Program-made: the position numbers and the translations under genes
The notes under the pieces: generated by a model
The model's database searches: none
Told to the model about the DNA's origin: nothing
The model's input: the letters and a program-made list of their open reading frames with translations, nothing else
In this document: positions 27,451 to 36,658 of the stretch, piece after piece
Layout of the letters: each line of letters begins with the position of its first letter
Numbering within the stretch: the stretch's first letter is position 1
Source of the DNA: an uncultured Candidatus Saccharibacteria bacterium
Lineage (GTDB): Bacteria; Patescibacteriota; Saccharimonadia; Saccharimonadales; JACDBH01
NCBI GenBank assembly: GCA_965231105.1
Contig: OZ246417.1
Location: 512,908 to 576,907, forward strand
Direction: 5' to 3'
DNA length: 64,000 bases

Positions 27451-28305
27451 ATGAATTCAGCCATGATCGCTATTCTTTATGGACTTGGTGGCGCTATTGG
27501 CTGGGGTGCTTCTAATTTCTTTGCCGCAAAATCTACCCGAGAGAAAAACGTAGTGCTAACAGTATTCAACTCCCAGTTATTACTTTTTCTCGCAATGGGA
27601 GTTATTGCGTTGGTATTAAAACCTGAGGTACATATATCACCCGAGATGCTCGCATTCATTGCGTTCAACTACCTCATTTTTACCGTAGGACTTGTAATAT
27701 CTTATAAAGCCTACGCCATGGGCCCCGTAAGTGTAACTGCTCCAATTGTGGGGGCTAATTCTTTGGTTGTAGTTGTTGTTTCTGTTCTATTTTTGAATGA
27801 AGTATTGCAGCGTAATCAGTGGCTGGGCATAGCCTTGCTGTTTTTAGGCCTTATAGTAGCGTCTCAAGAGAGAAGAAGGCGAGAAAGAAAAATACACCTT
27901 AAAACTTCTGGAATTTTTCTGGCTTTTATCGCGCTGTTACTCATTGGTCTCGGAATTGCAGGTTTTGTGTACGCAATTGGCGAGATTGGCTGGGAAATGG
28001 CCGTGCTGCTTGGGTACTTTTTCCCTGCATTGTGGTCTGGTTTATATCTCCTCGCTAAAAAGCAATTAAAGACACCGCGTATTTCAAAAAGCATCGCAGG
28101 ACTTACCGCTTTCCAGCTACTTGGTACGGTATCGGTTAGTGTAGGGGTAGAGAAATCCCTTGCAGCCCTTGTAGTTCCTGTGTCGTCTGTATCGCCGTTG
28201 ATTACATCGATTCTGGGTCTTATTTTGTTTCAAGAGAAAACCGCTAAATATAAGCTCGTCGGGGCTGCTCTTATTATTTTAGGCCTGGTATTAATTTCTA
28301 TATAA
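27451..28305 (+). CDS. EamA/DMT superfamily transporter
   Basis: 284 aa with 10 TM helices arranged as two EamA-like halves. Confidence 0.75.
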   Translation: MNSAMIAILYGLGGAIGWGASNFFAAKSTREKNVVLTVFNSQLLLFLAMGVIALVLKPEVHISPEMLAFIAFNYLIFTVGLVISYKAYAMGPVSVTAPIVGANSLVVVVVSVLFLNEVLQRNQWLGIALLFLGLIVASQERRRRERKIHLKTSGIFLAFIALLLIGLGIAGFVYAIGEIGWEMAVLLGYFFPALWSGLYLLAKKQLKTPRISKSIAGLTAFQLLGTVSVSVGVEKSLAALVVPVSSVSPLITSILGLILFQEKTAKYKLVGAALIILGLVLISI

Positions 28306-28393
28306 ACCGGACTTACAAGAACAGCCCTGCTTTCTGTAAAGATGTTGCCCAAGCGCTTATTCTGTTACTATATTCGTAAGGCCTAAAAACAAA

Positions 28394-28693
28394 ATGCCAA
28401 ATAGAAGTTACCATTTTCATATAACAAAGAAACAAGAGAAAAAACTTATTAATAGAGTTTGTGGTGTTTTCTCTATATTAATGCCGCTTACCGCTATTCC
28501 GCAGATAACTCTTTTATATAGCACGAAAGATGCGGGTAGCCTTTCGCTGATTATGTGGGTACTCTATTGTGTGGGCTCTGTACCATTTCTGATGTTTGGC
28601 ATTATCTATAAGCACTGGCAGCTCATTGTACTGAACATACTGTGGCTCATTGTTCAGGCCATCATGATCGTCGGTATACTGATGTATCGATAG
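28394..28693 (+). CDS. PQ-loop / SemiSWEET-type small transporter
   Basis: 99 aa with 3 TM helices and a PQ motif (LTAIPQITLLY). Confidence 0.65.
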   Translation: MPNRSYHFHITKKQEKKLINRVCGVFSILMPLTAIPQITLLYSTKDAGSLSLIMWVLYCVGSVPFLMFGIIYKHWQLIVLNILWLIVQAIMIVGILMYR

Positions 28694-28698
28694 GCCCC

Positions 28699-28707
28699 TG
28701 GTATACT
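28699..28707 (+). promoter_or_regulatory. extended -10 element positioned for a leaderless start
   Basis: TGgTATACT, then 6 nt to the ATG at 28714. Confidence 0.5.
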
Positions 28708-28713
28708 TGAGGC

Positions 28714-29268
28714 ATGCCAAATATCAAGCAAGCTACAACGATCGATTTTAAAACTAAGCTGTTCAACATCGACTCATGGACTATTCTCAAATTGCCTCAA
28801 GAAGCGAGTGCAAAACTTCCGTCACGCGGCCAGGTAATGGTTAAGGGCACAATTAACGACTTCCCTTTTCAAACGCCGCTTGAGCCAGACGGGAATGGAA
28901 GCCACTGGTTTAGGGTAGATAAAAACTTACAAAAATCTATAGGAGCCAGCGAGGGAGATGTCGTCACATTAGCAATTGAATCCACAAAAGAATGGCCCGA
29001 ACCGGAAGTGCCGGCAGACATAAAAAAGGCCTTAGTAGAGAACCCTAAGACAAAAGAGTTGTGGGCGCGTATTACTCCAATGGCACGGTGGGAGTGGCTT
29101 CGCTGGATAGGCTCAACTAAGCAAGCTGAGACGCGCAAGCATCGGATTGAAGCAGCGGAATCAAAACTTCTCCGCGGAGAGCGAAGACCCTGCTGCTTTA
29201 ACCGAAGCATGTGCTGCATACCAGACGTGTCAAAAAACGGCGTTCTTCTTGAGCCGGTAGCAAAATAA
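28714..29268 (+). CDS. DUF1905 / YdeI-like protein
   Basis: N-terminal DUF1905-like beta domain (LPSRGQVMVKGTINDFPFQTPLEPDGNGSHWF) plus a C-terminal YdeI-like W/R-rich helical region. Confidence 0.65.
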   Translation: MPNIKQATTIDFKTKLFNIDSWTILKLPQEASAKLPSRGQVMVKGTINDFPFQTPLEPDGNGSHWFRVDKNLQKSIGASEGDVVTLAIESTKEWPEPEVPADIKKALVENPKTKELWARITPMARWEWLRWIGSTKQAETRKHRIEAAESKLLRGERRPCCFNRSMCCIPDVSKNGVLLEPVAK

Positions 29269-29274
29269 GCTTTC

Positions 29275-29715
29275 CTAAAGTTTAATGGGCTCTTTTGGAA
29301 AACCTTTTTTCATTGCATGTTCAATAGCCACCTGTAACTGCGGTGTACGAAACGAAAGTTTTGAAAAAGCAGCCTTGTTTGCCCACATTGGCTGATGTGT
29401 ATTGACACTTATTCTATTTAAGAATGCTTCTTCAGAAGTATCCTGGATAGCAATATTATCGTACGGAGCTACTTCACATATGTAGGTATACTGCTGATTG
29501 TATGGCTCGGGGTGCTCTTCAAAAAATACAAGTCGCGAAGAAGTAACGTCAAGGCCAGTCTCCTCTTTCACTTCTCGCTTTAGTGCCTCTTCAACTGTTT
29601 CGCCGTCATTAACTCGTCCGCCAACCAAGGTAAAGTATTCACTTCCCTGTTTGTTGCGGTGCATAACCAGGATCTTATCGCCTTGAATAATTATAGCTCG
29701 TGCTGCTTTTCCCAT
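29275..29715 (-). CDS. NUDIX hydrolase
   Basis: Nudix box GGRVNDGETVEEALKREVKEETGL. Confidence 0.9.
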   Translation of the reverse strand: MGKAARAIIIQGDKILVMHRNKQGSEYFTLVGGRVNDGETVEEALKREVKEETGLDVTSSRLVFFEEHPEPYNQQYTYICEVAPYDNIAIQDTSEEAFLNRISVNTHQPMWANKAAFSKLSFRTPQLQVAIEHAMKKGFPKEPIKL

Positions 29716-29834
29716 ACCGTACCAGTGTACACTGTGAACCCAAAATTTTTAGCATACGCGTCAAGAAAAATATACTACTCATCCGATGCATTAAATTTCA
29801 TAGAGAGCTCTAGCTTTTTACGAGATGATAGAGA

Positions 29835-30032
29835 GTGCCAACTAATACGAAGGGAGAGCGTATGGCAAATAACACTTCAAACCGAGGTTTTGCGTCTATG
29901 GACGAAAACAAGCGGCGGGAGATTGCGCGCAAGGGTGGCGAAGCAAGTCCTGGAAACTTTAAAAATGATCCACAGAAAGCACGCGAAGCTGGTCGCAAGG
30001 GTGGCGAAAATAGCCGTCGTACAGAGAGCTAA
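29835..30032 (+). CDS. KGG-repeat general stress protein
   Basis: 65 aa with repeated RKGGE motifs (IARKGGEAS, AGRKGGENS). SD GGGAGAG lies upstream. Confidence 0.8.
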   Translation: MPTNTKGERMANNTSNRGFASMDENKRREIARKGGEASPGNFKNDPQKAREAGRKGGENSRRTES

Positions 30033-30050
30033 TTACACCCTGTAATACGA

Positions 30051-30079
30051 AAGGAGCCCTTGAAATAGGGCTCCTTTTT
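30051..30079. terminator. rho-independent (bidirectional) terminator between convergent genes
   Basis: 9-bp stem AAGGAGCCC/GGGCTCCTT followed by TTTTT. Confidence 0.75.
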
Positions 30080-30644
30080 AATTCTGATCATCTTTTGGTC
30101 GTTTTGTAGATTTTGGCGCGGGCAGTGATCGAAGAATCTTCGGCTGCGAAGCTTGTTCTATTGTTTTTTGTAGAACTTCAATGACACTTTTTGCATGCTC
30201 AATACTCATGCCAACTCTAGCTGCAGGCAATGTTTGGCCATTCTGGCCAGTACTCTGCATGAAGTTCATGATAACTCCGAAGTCATTAACCACCACATTT
30301 ACCATATCCGTATAAATAATTCGGGCATCAACGGGCAAAATCACTACAGGTTGAGACCGAAGCGATGACTCGTCAAAGCCACCCTGTACGGGCGGAAGCT
30401 TACCATCTTCGTATCCGGCGAGTTCCCATAATTTCGTTGTCTGCTCTTCCTGCATATCAAAGTGTGTTGAAAGCAGTAAAAGGATATCTTCACTTGGACG
30501 CAGCTCACCACGCTCAATCTTTTCGAGCGAATCAATATCAATTTCCACTGCTCCTGCCACCTCCGCAACTGTTTCATTAGATATTTTGCGCAGGCGAGCA
30601 ATTTCATCACCTAAAGTTTTATATGGGGTATCACCTCTTTGCAT
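30078..30644 (-). CDS. XRE-family HTH protein with a DUF3467-like C-terminal domain
   Basis: N-terminal HTH (LGDEIARLRKISNETVAEVAGAVEIDIDSLEKIERGE). The C-terminal VNDFGVIMNFMQ...ARVGMSIEHAKSVIEVL resembles DUF3467. A TACGAT -10 (30652-30657) lies 7 nt upstream of the ATG. Confidence 0.7.
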   Translation of the reverse strand: MQRGDTPYKTLGDEIARLRKISNETVAEVAGAVEIDIDSLEKIERGELRPSEDILLLLSTHFDMQEEQTTKLWELAGYEDGKLPPVQGGFDESSLRSQPVVILPVDARIIYTDMVNVVVNDFGVIMNFMQSTGQNGQTLPAARVGMSIEHAKSVIEVLQKTIEQASQPKILRSLPAPKSTKRPKDDQN

Positions 30645-30706
30645 ATCAAATATCGTACGCGCGACTGGTTAAACTTGCAAATAAAAGAGGTATACTATGT
30701 AAGACC

Positions 30707-31732
30707 ATGAAAATACTTGAGGGAGTGTCGCTTAAACTCTATTCCACTATGCGGCTTGGCGGCAAAGCCGACTACATGACCGAGGTTCATACCGCAGAAG
30801 ATATGAAAGAGGCGGCGGATTGGGCGGCAGAAAAGGGCGTACCACTCATTGTTGTGGGTGAAGGCAGCAATATTGTCTGGAAAGATGAAGGCTTTAAAGG
30901 TCTTGTTGCAATCAACAAAATCAAAGGCTTTAAGAAAGTATCAGAAGATATGGTCTCTGCTACATATCATATTGGAGCCGGCGAAGAATGGGATGCTGTT
31001 GTTGAGCGACTTACCAAGCAAGGACTTAGTGGCGTAGAGTGTCTTTCGCTTATTCCTGGTACAGCCGGTGCGACACCCGTACAAAATGTGGGCGCGTACG
31101 GGCAAGAAATTAGCCAAACACTTGAGAGCGTGGATGCCTATGATACCAAAACTAAAAAGCTCGTTACTATCGACAATAAAGATTGTGAATTTGGCTATCG
31201 AGACAGTCGGTTTAAATCAGCGGATAAAGGACGTTTCTGGATTACCGGTATTACATTAAGACTTTCTAAATCAGTTCCTGAACCGCCTTTTTATGACAGC
31301 CTGCAAAATTATTTAACACAGCATGATATAACAGAATATGATGCCCCTACCTTGCGTCAGGCTGTCATTGCTATCCGTTCTTCAAAACTACCCGATTGGC
31401 ATAAGGTAGCAAACAACGGTTCTTTCTTTGCAAATCCAATCGTAGACAAGAAAACATTCGCAACCATCAAGGCTCAACACCCAGATGTTGTTGCATGGGA
31501 ATATGAAGGCAAACACAAGATTGCAGCGGGTTGGCTTGTTGAAGCCGCTGGCCTAAGAGGCTTCGTCGACAAAGAGACCGGCATGGCAACTTCAGAAAAG
31601 CAGGCACTTGTCATTATTAACCAGCATGCCCACTCGACTGCGGATCTTCTTAAATTCAAGCAAAAAATTGTTGATGCAGTTAAAGAAAAATTTGGCATCA
31701 CCCTCGAACAAGAACCGGAACTTATTCCTTAG
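30707..31732 (+). CDS. murB: UDP-N-acetylenolpyruvoylglucosamine reductase
   Basis: FAD-binding N-terminus (YSTMRLGGKADYM, VVGEGSNIV) and MurB C-terminal domain. The ATG at 30707 is preferred over the track start at 30623. Confidence 0.9.
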   Translation: MKILEGVSLKLYSTMRLGGKADYMTEVHTAEDMKEAADWAAEKGVPLIVVGEGSNIVWKDEGFKGLVAINKIKGFKKVSEDMVSATYHIGAGEEWDAVVERLTKQGLSGVECLSLIPGTAGATPVQNVGAYGQEISQTLESVDAYDTKTKKLVTIDNKDCEFGYRDSRFKSADKGRFWITGITLRLSKSVPEPPFYDSLQNYLTQHDITEYDAPTLRQAVIAIRSSKLPDWHKVANNGSFFANPIVDKKTFATIKAQHPDVVAWEYEGKHKIAAGWLVEAAGLRGFVDKETGMATSEKQALVIINQHAHSTADLLKFKQKIVDAVKEKFGITLEQEPELIP

Positions 31733-33009
31733 GTATCACTCGGCAAAGGAAATGCACTCGTAAATGCCGCTACCTCTGCTTTTATCTTGTCTAGAGCTGT
31801 TTCGTCATCACGCGCCTTAATAGCGGCAAGCATTTTTTGAGCCACAAATTCCATATCGTCTTCTTTTAACCCGCGGGTGGTAATGGCTGGCGTACCCAGC
31901 CTAAAGCCACTTGGTCTAAATGGTGGCAGCGTATCGTTTGGGATAGCGTTACAGTTACCGGTTAGACCAACACGGTCTAAAACATCTTGTGTTACACGAC
32001 CATCAATATCAAAGCTGCGTGGCATATCGAGCATAATCAGGTGATTATCTGTTCCATTCGTTACCAGCTTAAAACCCGCTTTCATGAGTTCATCTGCGAG
32101 CCTTTGGGCATTCTTCAGGACTTGTTTTGCGTACACCTGGAATTCTGGTTCGAGAGCCTCTCCAAACGCTACTGCTTTTGCAAGCGTGTTATTCATGTGT
32201 GGACCACCCTGAAAACCAGGAAATACTTCACGGTCTATAAGGGTGGGAAGATTTTCGACAGTTTTTTCCGGTGCTTTCAGCGGGTTGCTTACTGTTCCTC
32301 TGCTTAGAATTAATCCACCGCGAGGACCACGCAACGTCTTATGCGTCGTGCTGGTAATAATATGAAAACCAAAATCAAACGGATTAGGCAAGGCCTTGCC
32401 AGCAATGAGTCCTGCAATGTGCGCCATATCGGCCATGAGCACCGCATCGACTTCCTTCGCAATAGCCGCAAATTTTGCATAATCAAGACTTCTTGGATAC
32501 CCACTAAACCCAGCAAGTAAAATCTTTGGCTTCTCTTTTAATGCAACATCACGCATTTCATCGTAATCAATCTCACCGGTTTCTGGATCCTTTACCCCAT
32601 AGCGGACAAAGTTATACAGCTTAGCACTTGCCGTGACAGGCGCACCATGAGTTAAGTGCCCACCATGATCCAGGCGCATGGCCATAATAGTGTCGCCCGG
32701 GTTAAGCCACGCTTGATACACCGCGATATTAGCGGGCGCACCGCTATGCGGCTGCACATTGGCATGATCTGCACCAAAAAGTTGTTTTGCACGATCAATA
32801 GCAAGCTGCTCTACCTGATCGGTGTTTTCTTGACCGCCATAGTAACGCTTGCCGGGATAGCCTTCAGAGTACTTATTGGTAAAAATGCTACCTAAGGCCT
32901 CTAAGACATCTTTTGAAACATAGTTCTCGGACGGAATTAATTCCAGTCCTTCACGTTGTCTCTTTTGTTCTGCTTCTAGTAGTGCTTGGAGTTTTTTATC
33001 GTGCAACAT
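31729..33009 (-). CDS. glyA: serine hydroxymethyltransferase
   Basis: PLP site TSTTHKTLRGPRGG. The ATG at 33009 has GAGG upstream. It overlaps the murB stop by 4 nt (convergent). Confidence 0.95.
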   Translation of the reverse strand: MLHDKKLQALLEAEQKRQREGLELIPSENYVSKDVLEALGSIFTNKYSEGYPGKRYYGGQENTDQVEQLAIDRAKQLFGADHANVQPHSGAPANIAVYQAWLNPGDTIMAMRLDHGGHLTHGAPVTASAKLYNFVRYGVKDPETGEIDYDEMRDVALKEKPKILLAGFSGYPRSLDYAKFAAIAKEVDAVLMADMAHIAGLIAGKALPNPFDFGFHIITSTTHKTLRGPRGGLILSRGTVSNPLKAPEKTVENLPTLIDREVFPGFQGGPHMNNTLAKAVAFGEALEPEFQVYAKQVLKNAQRLADELMKAGFKLVTNGTDNHLIMLDMPRSFDIDGRVTQDVLDRVGLTGNCNAIPNDTLPPFRPSGFRLGTPAITTRGLKEDDMEFVAQKMLAAIKARDDETALDKIKAEVAAFTSAFPLPSDT

Positions 33010-33163
33010 ACATGCCTCGTTTTCTTGTATTAACGTTCTTTTAAATGGTATTTGCAAGGCACTAGATCATGGGTGTATTGTAAAGGGTGACACGCAAAAA
33101 TAAAAACCAGCAAAAAACAAGGATAGACATAATTATATCAGCCGTGATATAGTTCATACGCTT

Positions 33164-34684
33164 ATGACTACCACAAGCGAAAAAATAGGCAAGTTAATTT
33201 ATCAAGTACGACAAGAAAAAGGCCTAACACAGGCCGAATTTGCGAAACGTTTACAAACCTCACAGTCAGCCGTAAACCGCATCGAACATGGCAAACAGAA
33301 CTTAAGCATGGATATGCTTGGCCGTATTAGTGATGTTTTAAATAAGCAAATTATCAGTCTTAATACTGATGCTATTAATCTTCGTATTGAAGGCGGCCAT
33401 GAATTAAAGGGCGAAATCACACTGAAGCGCAGCAAGAATGCTGCCGTCGCATTATTATGTGCTTCACTTCTTAACTACGGTGTTACCCGCTTTAAAGCTT
33501 TCCCACGTATTGAAGAGGTTAACCGTATTATTGAGGTCCTGGAGAGCATTGGCGTAAAGGTACGTTGGTTACCGGGCAATGATCTTGAAATTCGTCGGCC
33601 TGCTGAGCTTAAACTCGATAGTATCAACGCGCATTCCGCTCGATTGACCCGAAGTGTACTTATGCTTCTTGGTCCACTGATGCACGACTACTCAAACTTC
33701 AAAATTCCCTATGCCGGCGGCTGTAAGTTAGGCACACGAACTGTAGCGCCTCACCTATTCGCACTGGAGCAATTCGGCATGGATGTCGTTGCCAAAACGG
33801 GTCACTATAACGTAACAGTTAATAAAAAGGCTGCAAATCATCTCATCCTTTATGAAGCCGGTAATACCGTTACCAATAATGTACTTATGGCAGCTGCACG
33901 AACTACTTCAGAAACAATCATTCAAGGTGCAAGCGCTGATTATATGGTGCAAGATTTATGTACGTTTCTTAAGCGTCTTGGCGTAAAGATAGAGGGAGTC
34001 GGCTCACCCGTACTGAAAGTAACGGGTGTACCAAAAATAAAAAAGAATATTACCTTTGCCCCTACTGAGGATCCGATTGAAGCGATGTTCTTTATTTCTG
34101 CGGCAGTCGCCACCAATTCACAGCTTACCATCCGCCGTGTGCCTATTTATTGGATTGGCCTAGAGCTCTTAAAACTTAAGAAGATGGGTCTTAACTATAA
34201 GACAAGTAAGTCTTATCCTGCCGATAACGGTATTACTGAACTCGCAGATATCACCATCTATAAGCATGATGGCAGCTTAAAAGCACTCAGTGAAAAACTC
34301 CATCCAAATCTATGGCCGGGTATTAACCCAGATAATATTCCCTATTTTGTACCAATTGCTGCTGTCGCTGCCGGACGCACACTGATTCACGACTGGATGT
34401 TTGAAAACCGTGCCATCTACTACACCGAAATGACTAAGATAGGCATGAATATTGAGCTTGCCGATCCACACCGTATTTATATTAATGGTCCAACTAAATT
34501 TAGCCGGGGAGATGTTGTTTGCCCCCCTGCCCTTCGCCCTGCAAGTTTGCTCCTTATTGGTATGCTTGGTGCCGAAGGTTCCTCTACCTTACGCAATGTC
34601 TATACCATTAATCGTGGTTATGAAGATCTTGCCGATCGCTTAAATAGCCTCGGCGCTCATATTACTGTCGTACACGAAGTTTAA
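33164..34684 (+). CDS. murA: UDP-N-acetylglucosamine 1-carboxyvinyltransferase fused to an N-terminal XRE-type HTH domain
   Basis: Residues 1-65 are an HTH (GLTQAEFAKRLQTSQSAVNRIEHGKQN). The remainder is the MurA/EPSP-synthase fold with the catalytic-Cys loop YAGGCKLGTRTV. Confidence 0.85.
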   Translation: MTTTSEKIGKLIYQVRQEKGLTQAEFAKRLQTSQSAVNRIEHGKQNLSMDMLGRISDVLNKQIISLNTDAINLRIEGGHELKGEITLKRSKNAAVALLCASLLNYGVTRFKAFPRIEEVNRIIEVLESIGVKVRWLPGNDLEIRRPAELKLDSINAHSARLTRSVLMLLGPLMHDYSNFKIPYAGGCKLGTRTVAPHLFALEQFGMDVVAKTGHYNVTVNKKAANHLILYEAGNTVTNNVLMAAARTTSETIIQGASADYMVQDLCTFLKRLGVKIEGVGSPVLKVTGVPKIKKNITFAPTEDPIEAMFFISAAVATNSQLTIRRVPIYWIGLELLKLKKMGLNYKTSKSYPADNGITELADITIYKHDGSLKALSEKLHPNLWPGINPDNIPYFVPIAAVAAGRTLIHDWMFENRAIYYTEMTKIGMNIELADPHRIYINGPTKFSRGDVVCPPALRPASLLLIGMLGAEGSSTLRNVYTINRGYEDLADRLNSLGAHITVVHEV

Positions 34685-35880
34685 GACTTAGAAACGTCTT
34701 GAAGTACGGCGTCAGTCAGCTGGTAGCGACGACCTTCAGTCGTCCAGCCCTTAACTTCTTGCTGGAATTTCTTCAGCAGCATGACCTCAAAGAAAGCCAT
34801 AACATAGATACCAATCTCAAGCCATCGAAGGAAATAGAAGTATGGCAAAGCACCTAAAAGATTCCAACGCTTAATCTTTGCTGAAGCTATGATAGCAATA
34901 AAGCCATTCAATATAACATCGGCGGCAATTGCTACTGGCAAAATCATCCAGTTACCGGTATATGCAATGACGAGTGGTATAAGAATAAATAACTGCAAGA
35001 AGAATACGATTGTTTGCGCCATTTGAAAGCCAAGACTGATATCAATTCGGTTTAGACCGCGACCGATCTTATACTTCTTTACGCCTTGGAAGAATCCACG
35101 TTGCCATCGCAAGTTTTGCTTGCAGAAATCTTTTAGCGTCTGTGGATCTTGCGTATAGTTAATTGCTCCAGGAATAAAGACAATTTTACCTAAGTTCTTA
35201 CGGTGCACCTGCAAGGTAATATCAAAGTCTTCAGTTAAACTGTTACCGGTAAATTCAAGCTGAGATAGAATATCTGTTCTAAAAGATGTAATAGGGCCAG
35301 GAAAAACAGAGATCATGTTTAGCCAAGACTGGACACGACGGGCAACATGCTGACTGTAGGTATAGGTTAATGCACGGTATGTACTAATCCAGTTACCACG
35401 CATGCTTTGCACAAAACCAACGGCAACTGCATATTTTTTAGAATTAAGCTTGCGCTTGTATACACGGAAATAATCCGGCGAAAAGATACTGTCTGCATCT
35501 GCAACATGGAGCCACTCGTACTGCTTCTCGATATCAAAATACTTAATGGCTTTTAAAACCGCTCCCGCTTTACCACTCCGCTCGACGGTCAGCACATTAT
35601 GTGCCCCCAATGATTCAATAGCGAGCTTTCGCGTATTATCGCTTGAGTTATCATCAACAACATAAATATCACGCTTAGGCTGACCTGCAGCGATAGCTGT
35701 CTGGATAGTAGTGGCAATGATGAGTTCTTCGTTATGACCAGGCAATAGTAAGGCCATCTTACGACGACGACCACGCTTTAAGGGACGCGCAGGAGGAACG
35801 TTACTTGCCAGCGCGGCACCGCCCAGTACGAGTTTTGTAAACTCAGAAGGCTGCTTCTTTTTTGATCGATTCTTCTTCAT
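34681..35880 (-). CDS. processive family-2 glycosyltransferase (PgaC/IcaA/NodC-like) with C-terminal TM helices
   Basis: Motifs VVDDNSSDNT, ADADS, LTEDFD and QNLRWQRG (QxxRW). Confidence 0.85.
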   Translation of the reverse strand: MKKNRSKKKQPSEFTKLVLGGAALASNVPPARPLKRGRRRKMALLLPGHNEELIIATTIQTAIAAGQPKRDIYVVDDNSSDNTRKLAIESLGAHNVLTVERSGKAGAVLKAIKYFDIEKQYEWLHVADADSIFSPDYFRVYKRKLNSKKYAVAVGFVQSMRGNWISTYRALTYTYSQHVARRVQSWLNMISVFPGPITSFRTDILSQLEFTGNSLTEDFDITLQVHRKNLGKIVFIPGAINYTQDPQTLKDFCKQNLRWQRGFFQGVKKYKIGRGLNRIDISLGFQMAQTIVFFLQLFILIPLVIAYTGNWMILPVAIAADVILNGFIAIIASAKIKRWNLLGALPYFYFLRWLEIGIYVMAFFEVMLLKKFQQEVKGWTTEGRRYQLTDAVLQDVSKS

Positions 35881-35992
35881 ATCAGGTTTAACGCGTCTTT
35901 AAGACACTGCTGCCTTTTGCCAGCAAAACCACTCACTTTACAGGCAGTATTTTATCATATTTTTTATAAATTTGCAAGATTAATGCTTACGT

Positions 35993-36574
35993 TTATTCGA
36001 CGCGAGCAAAATCAAAGAAATAGAGCTGGCGATTCTGCATCCAAGCCCCTGAGCAGGTCTGAATAGTAAGCTGTGGAACCCCTTGATATGCCAATATATC
36101 GACATTACTTGGATCAACTGTTTGTGTCTCGCGGTATATATAGGTAAATCGGTGCCCGTTATCAGTGGTTATAGTTACTTCTGATCCTACGGTTATTTTC
36201 TTTAAGCGCGCAAAAACTTCAGGACGGTAGTGACCATAGATAAAGGTATTGCCTTGCTTATTGTTCGGCTGCACTGTTGCAAGCGCATAGTGAGCTTTAT
36301 CCTTGGACAGTGACCACGTTTTTGAGGATTCGTTATAAATGCCATCTGCAATGGCAAGCTCGAGGTCTAGGCTTGGAACACTGAGATGAGTCGGCTTGCC
36401 GGTGATCAAGTCAGGTGCAGGCGGTAGTTCTGCCTGAATAGGAATCTCAATAACACTCGCCGCAGCTATTCTGTTTTGGTTCCAAAAATAGGCATACGGC
36501 AAGAGTGCGGCTAACCCTCCGAGGATGGCCACCGCTGAAATGATAAATAAAATCTTGTGTAAATGCTTCTTCAT
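35993..36574 (-). CDS. sortase family transpeptidase
   Basis: N-terminal anchor, His motif FIYGHY, catalytic TLxTC-like motif LTIQTCSG and a C-terminal Arg. Confidence 0.85.
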   Translation of the reverse strand: MKKHLHKILFIISAVAILGGLAALLPYAYFWNQNRIAAASVIEIPIQAELPPAPDLITGKPTHLSVPSLDLELAIADGIYNESSKTWSLSKDKAHYALATVQPNNKQGNTFIYGHYRPEVFARLKKITVGSEVTITTDNGHRFTYIYRETQTVDPSNVDILAYQGVPQLTIQTCSGAWMQNRQLYFFDFARVE

Positions 36575-36592
36575 AAATGGTCTTGGTGAAAC

Positions 36593-36622
36593 AAAAAAGC
36601 GACCCTTGCGAGCCGCCTTTTT
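36593..36622 (-). terminator. weak hairpin with U-run between the mini-LPXTG ORF and the sortase (possible partial terminator)
   Basis: 5-bp GC stem flanked by A6 and T5-6 runs, 20 nt upstream of the sortase ATG. Confidence 0.35.
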
Positions 36623-36658
36623 GTTTCGAGCGTAAGTGCTAAATAAGCCTAAAAAAGC

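Noticed and set aside
22476-30045. A tRNA-Arg-flanked stretch of stress, efflux and orphan genes, considered as an integrated genomic island.
   Set aside because: I found no integrase, recombinase or phage genes, and no direct repeat of the tRNA 3' end. The promoter style matches the rest of the window.
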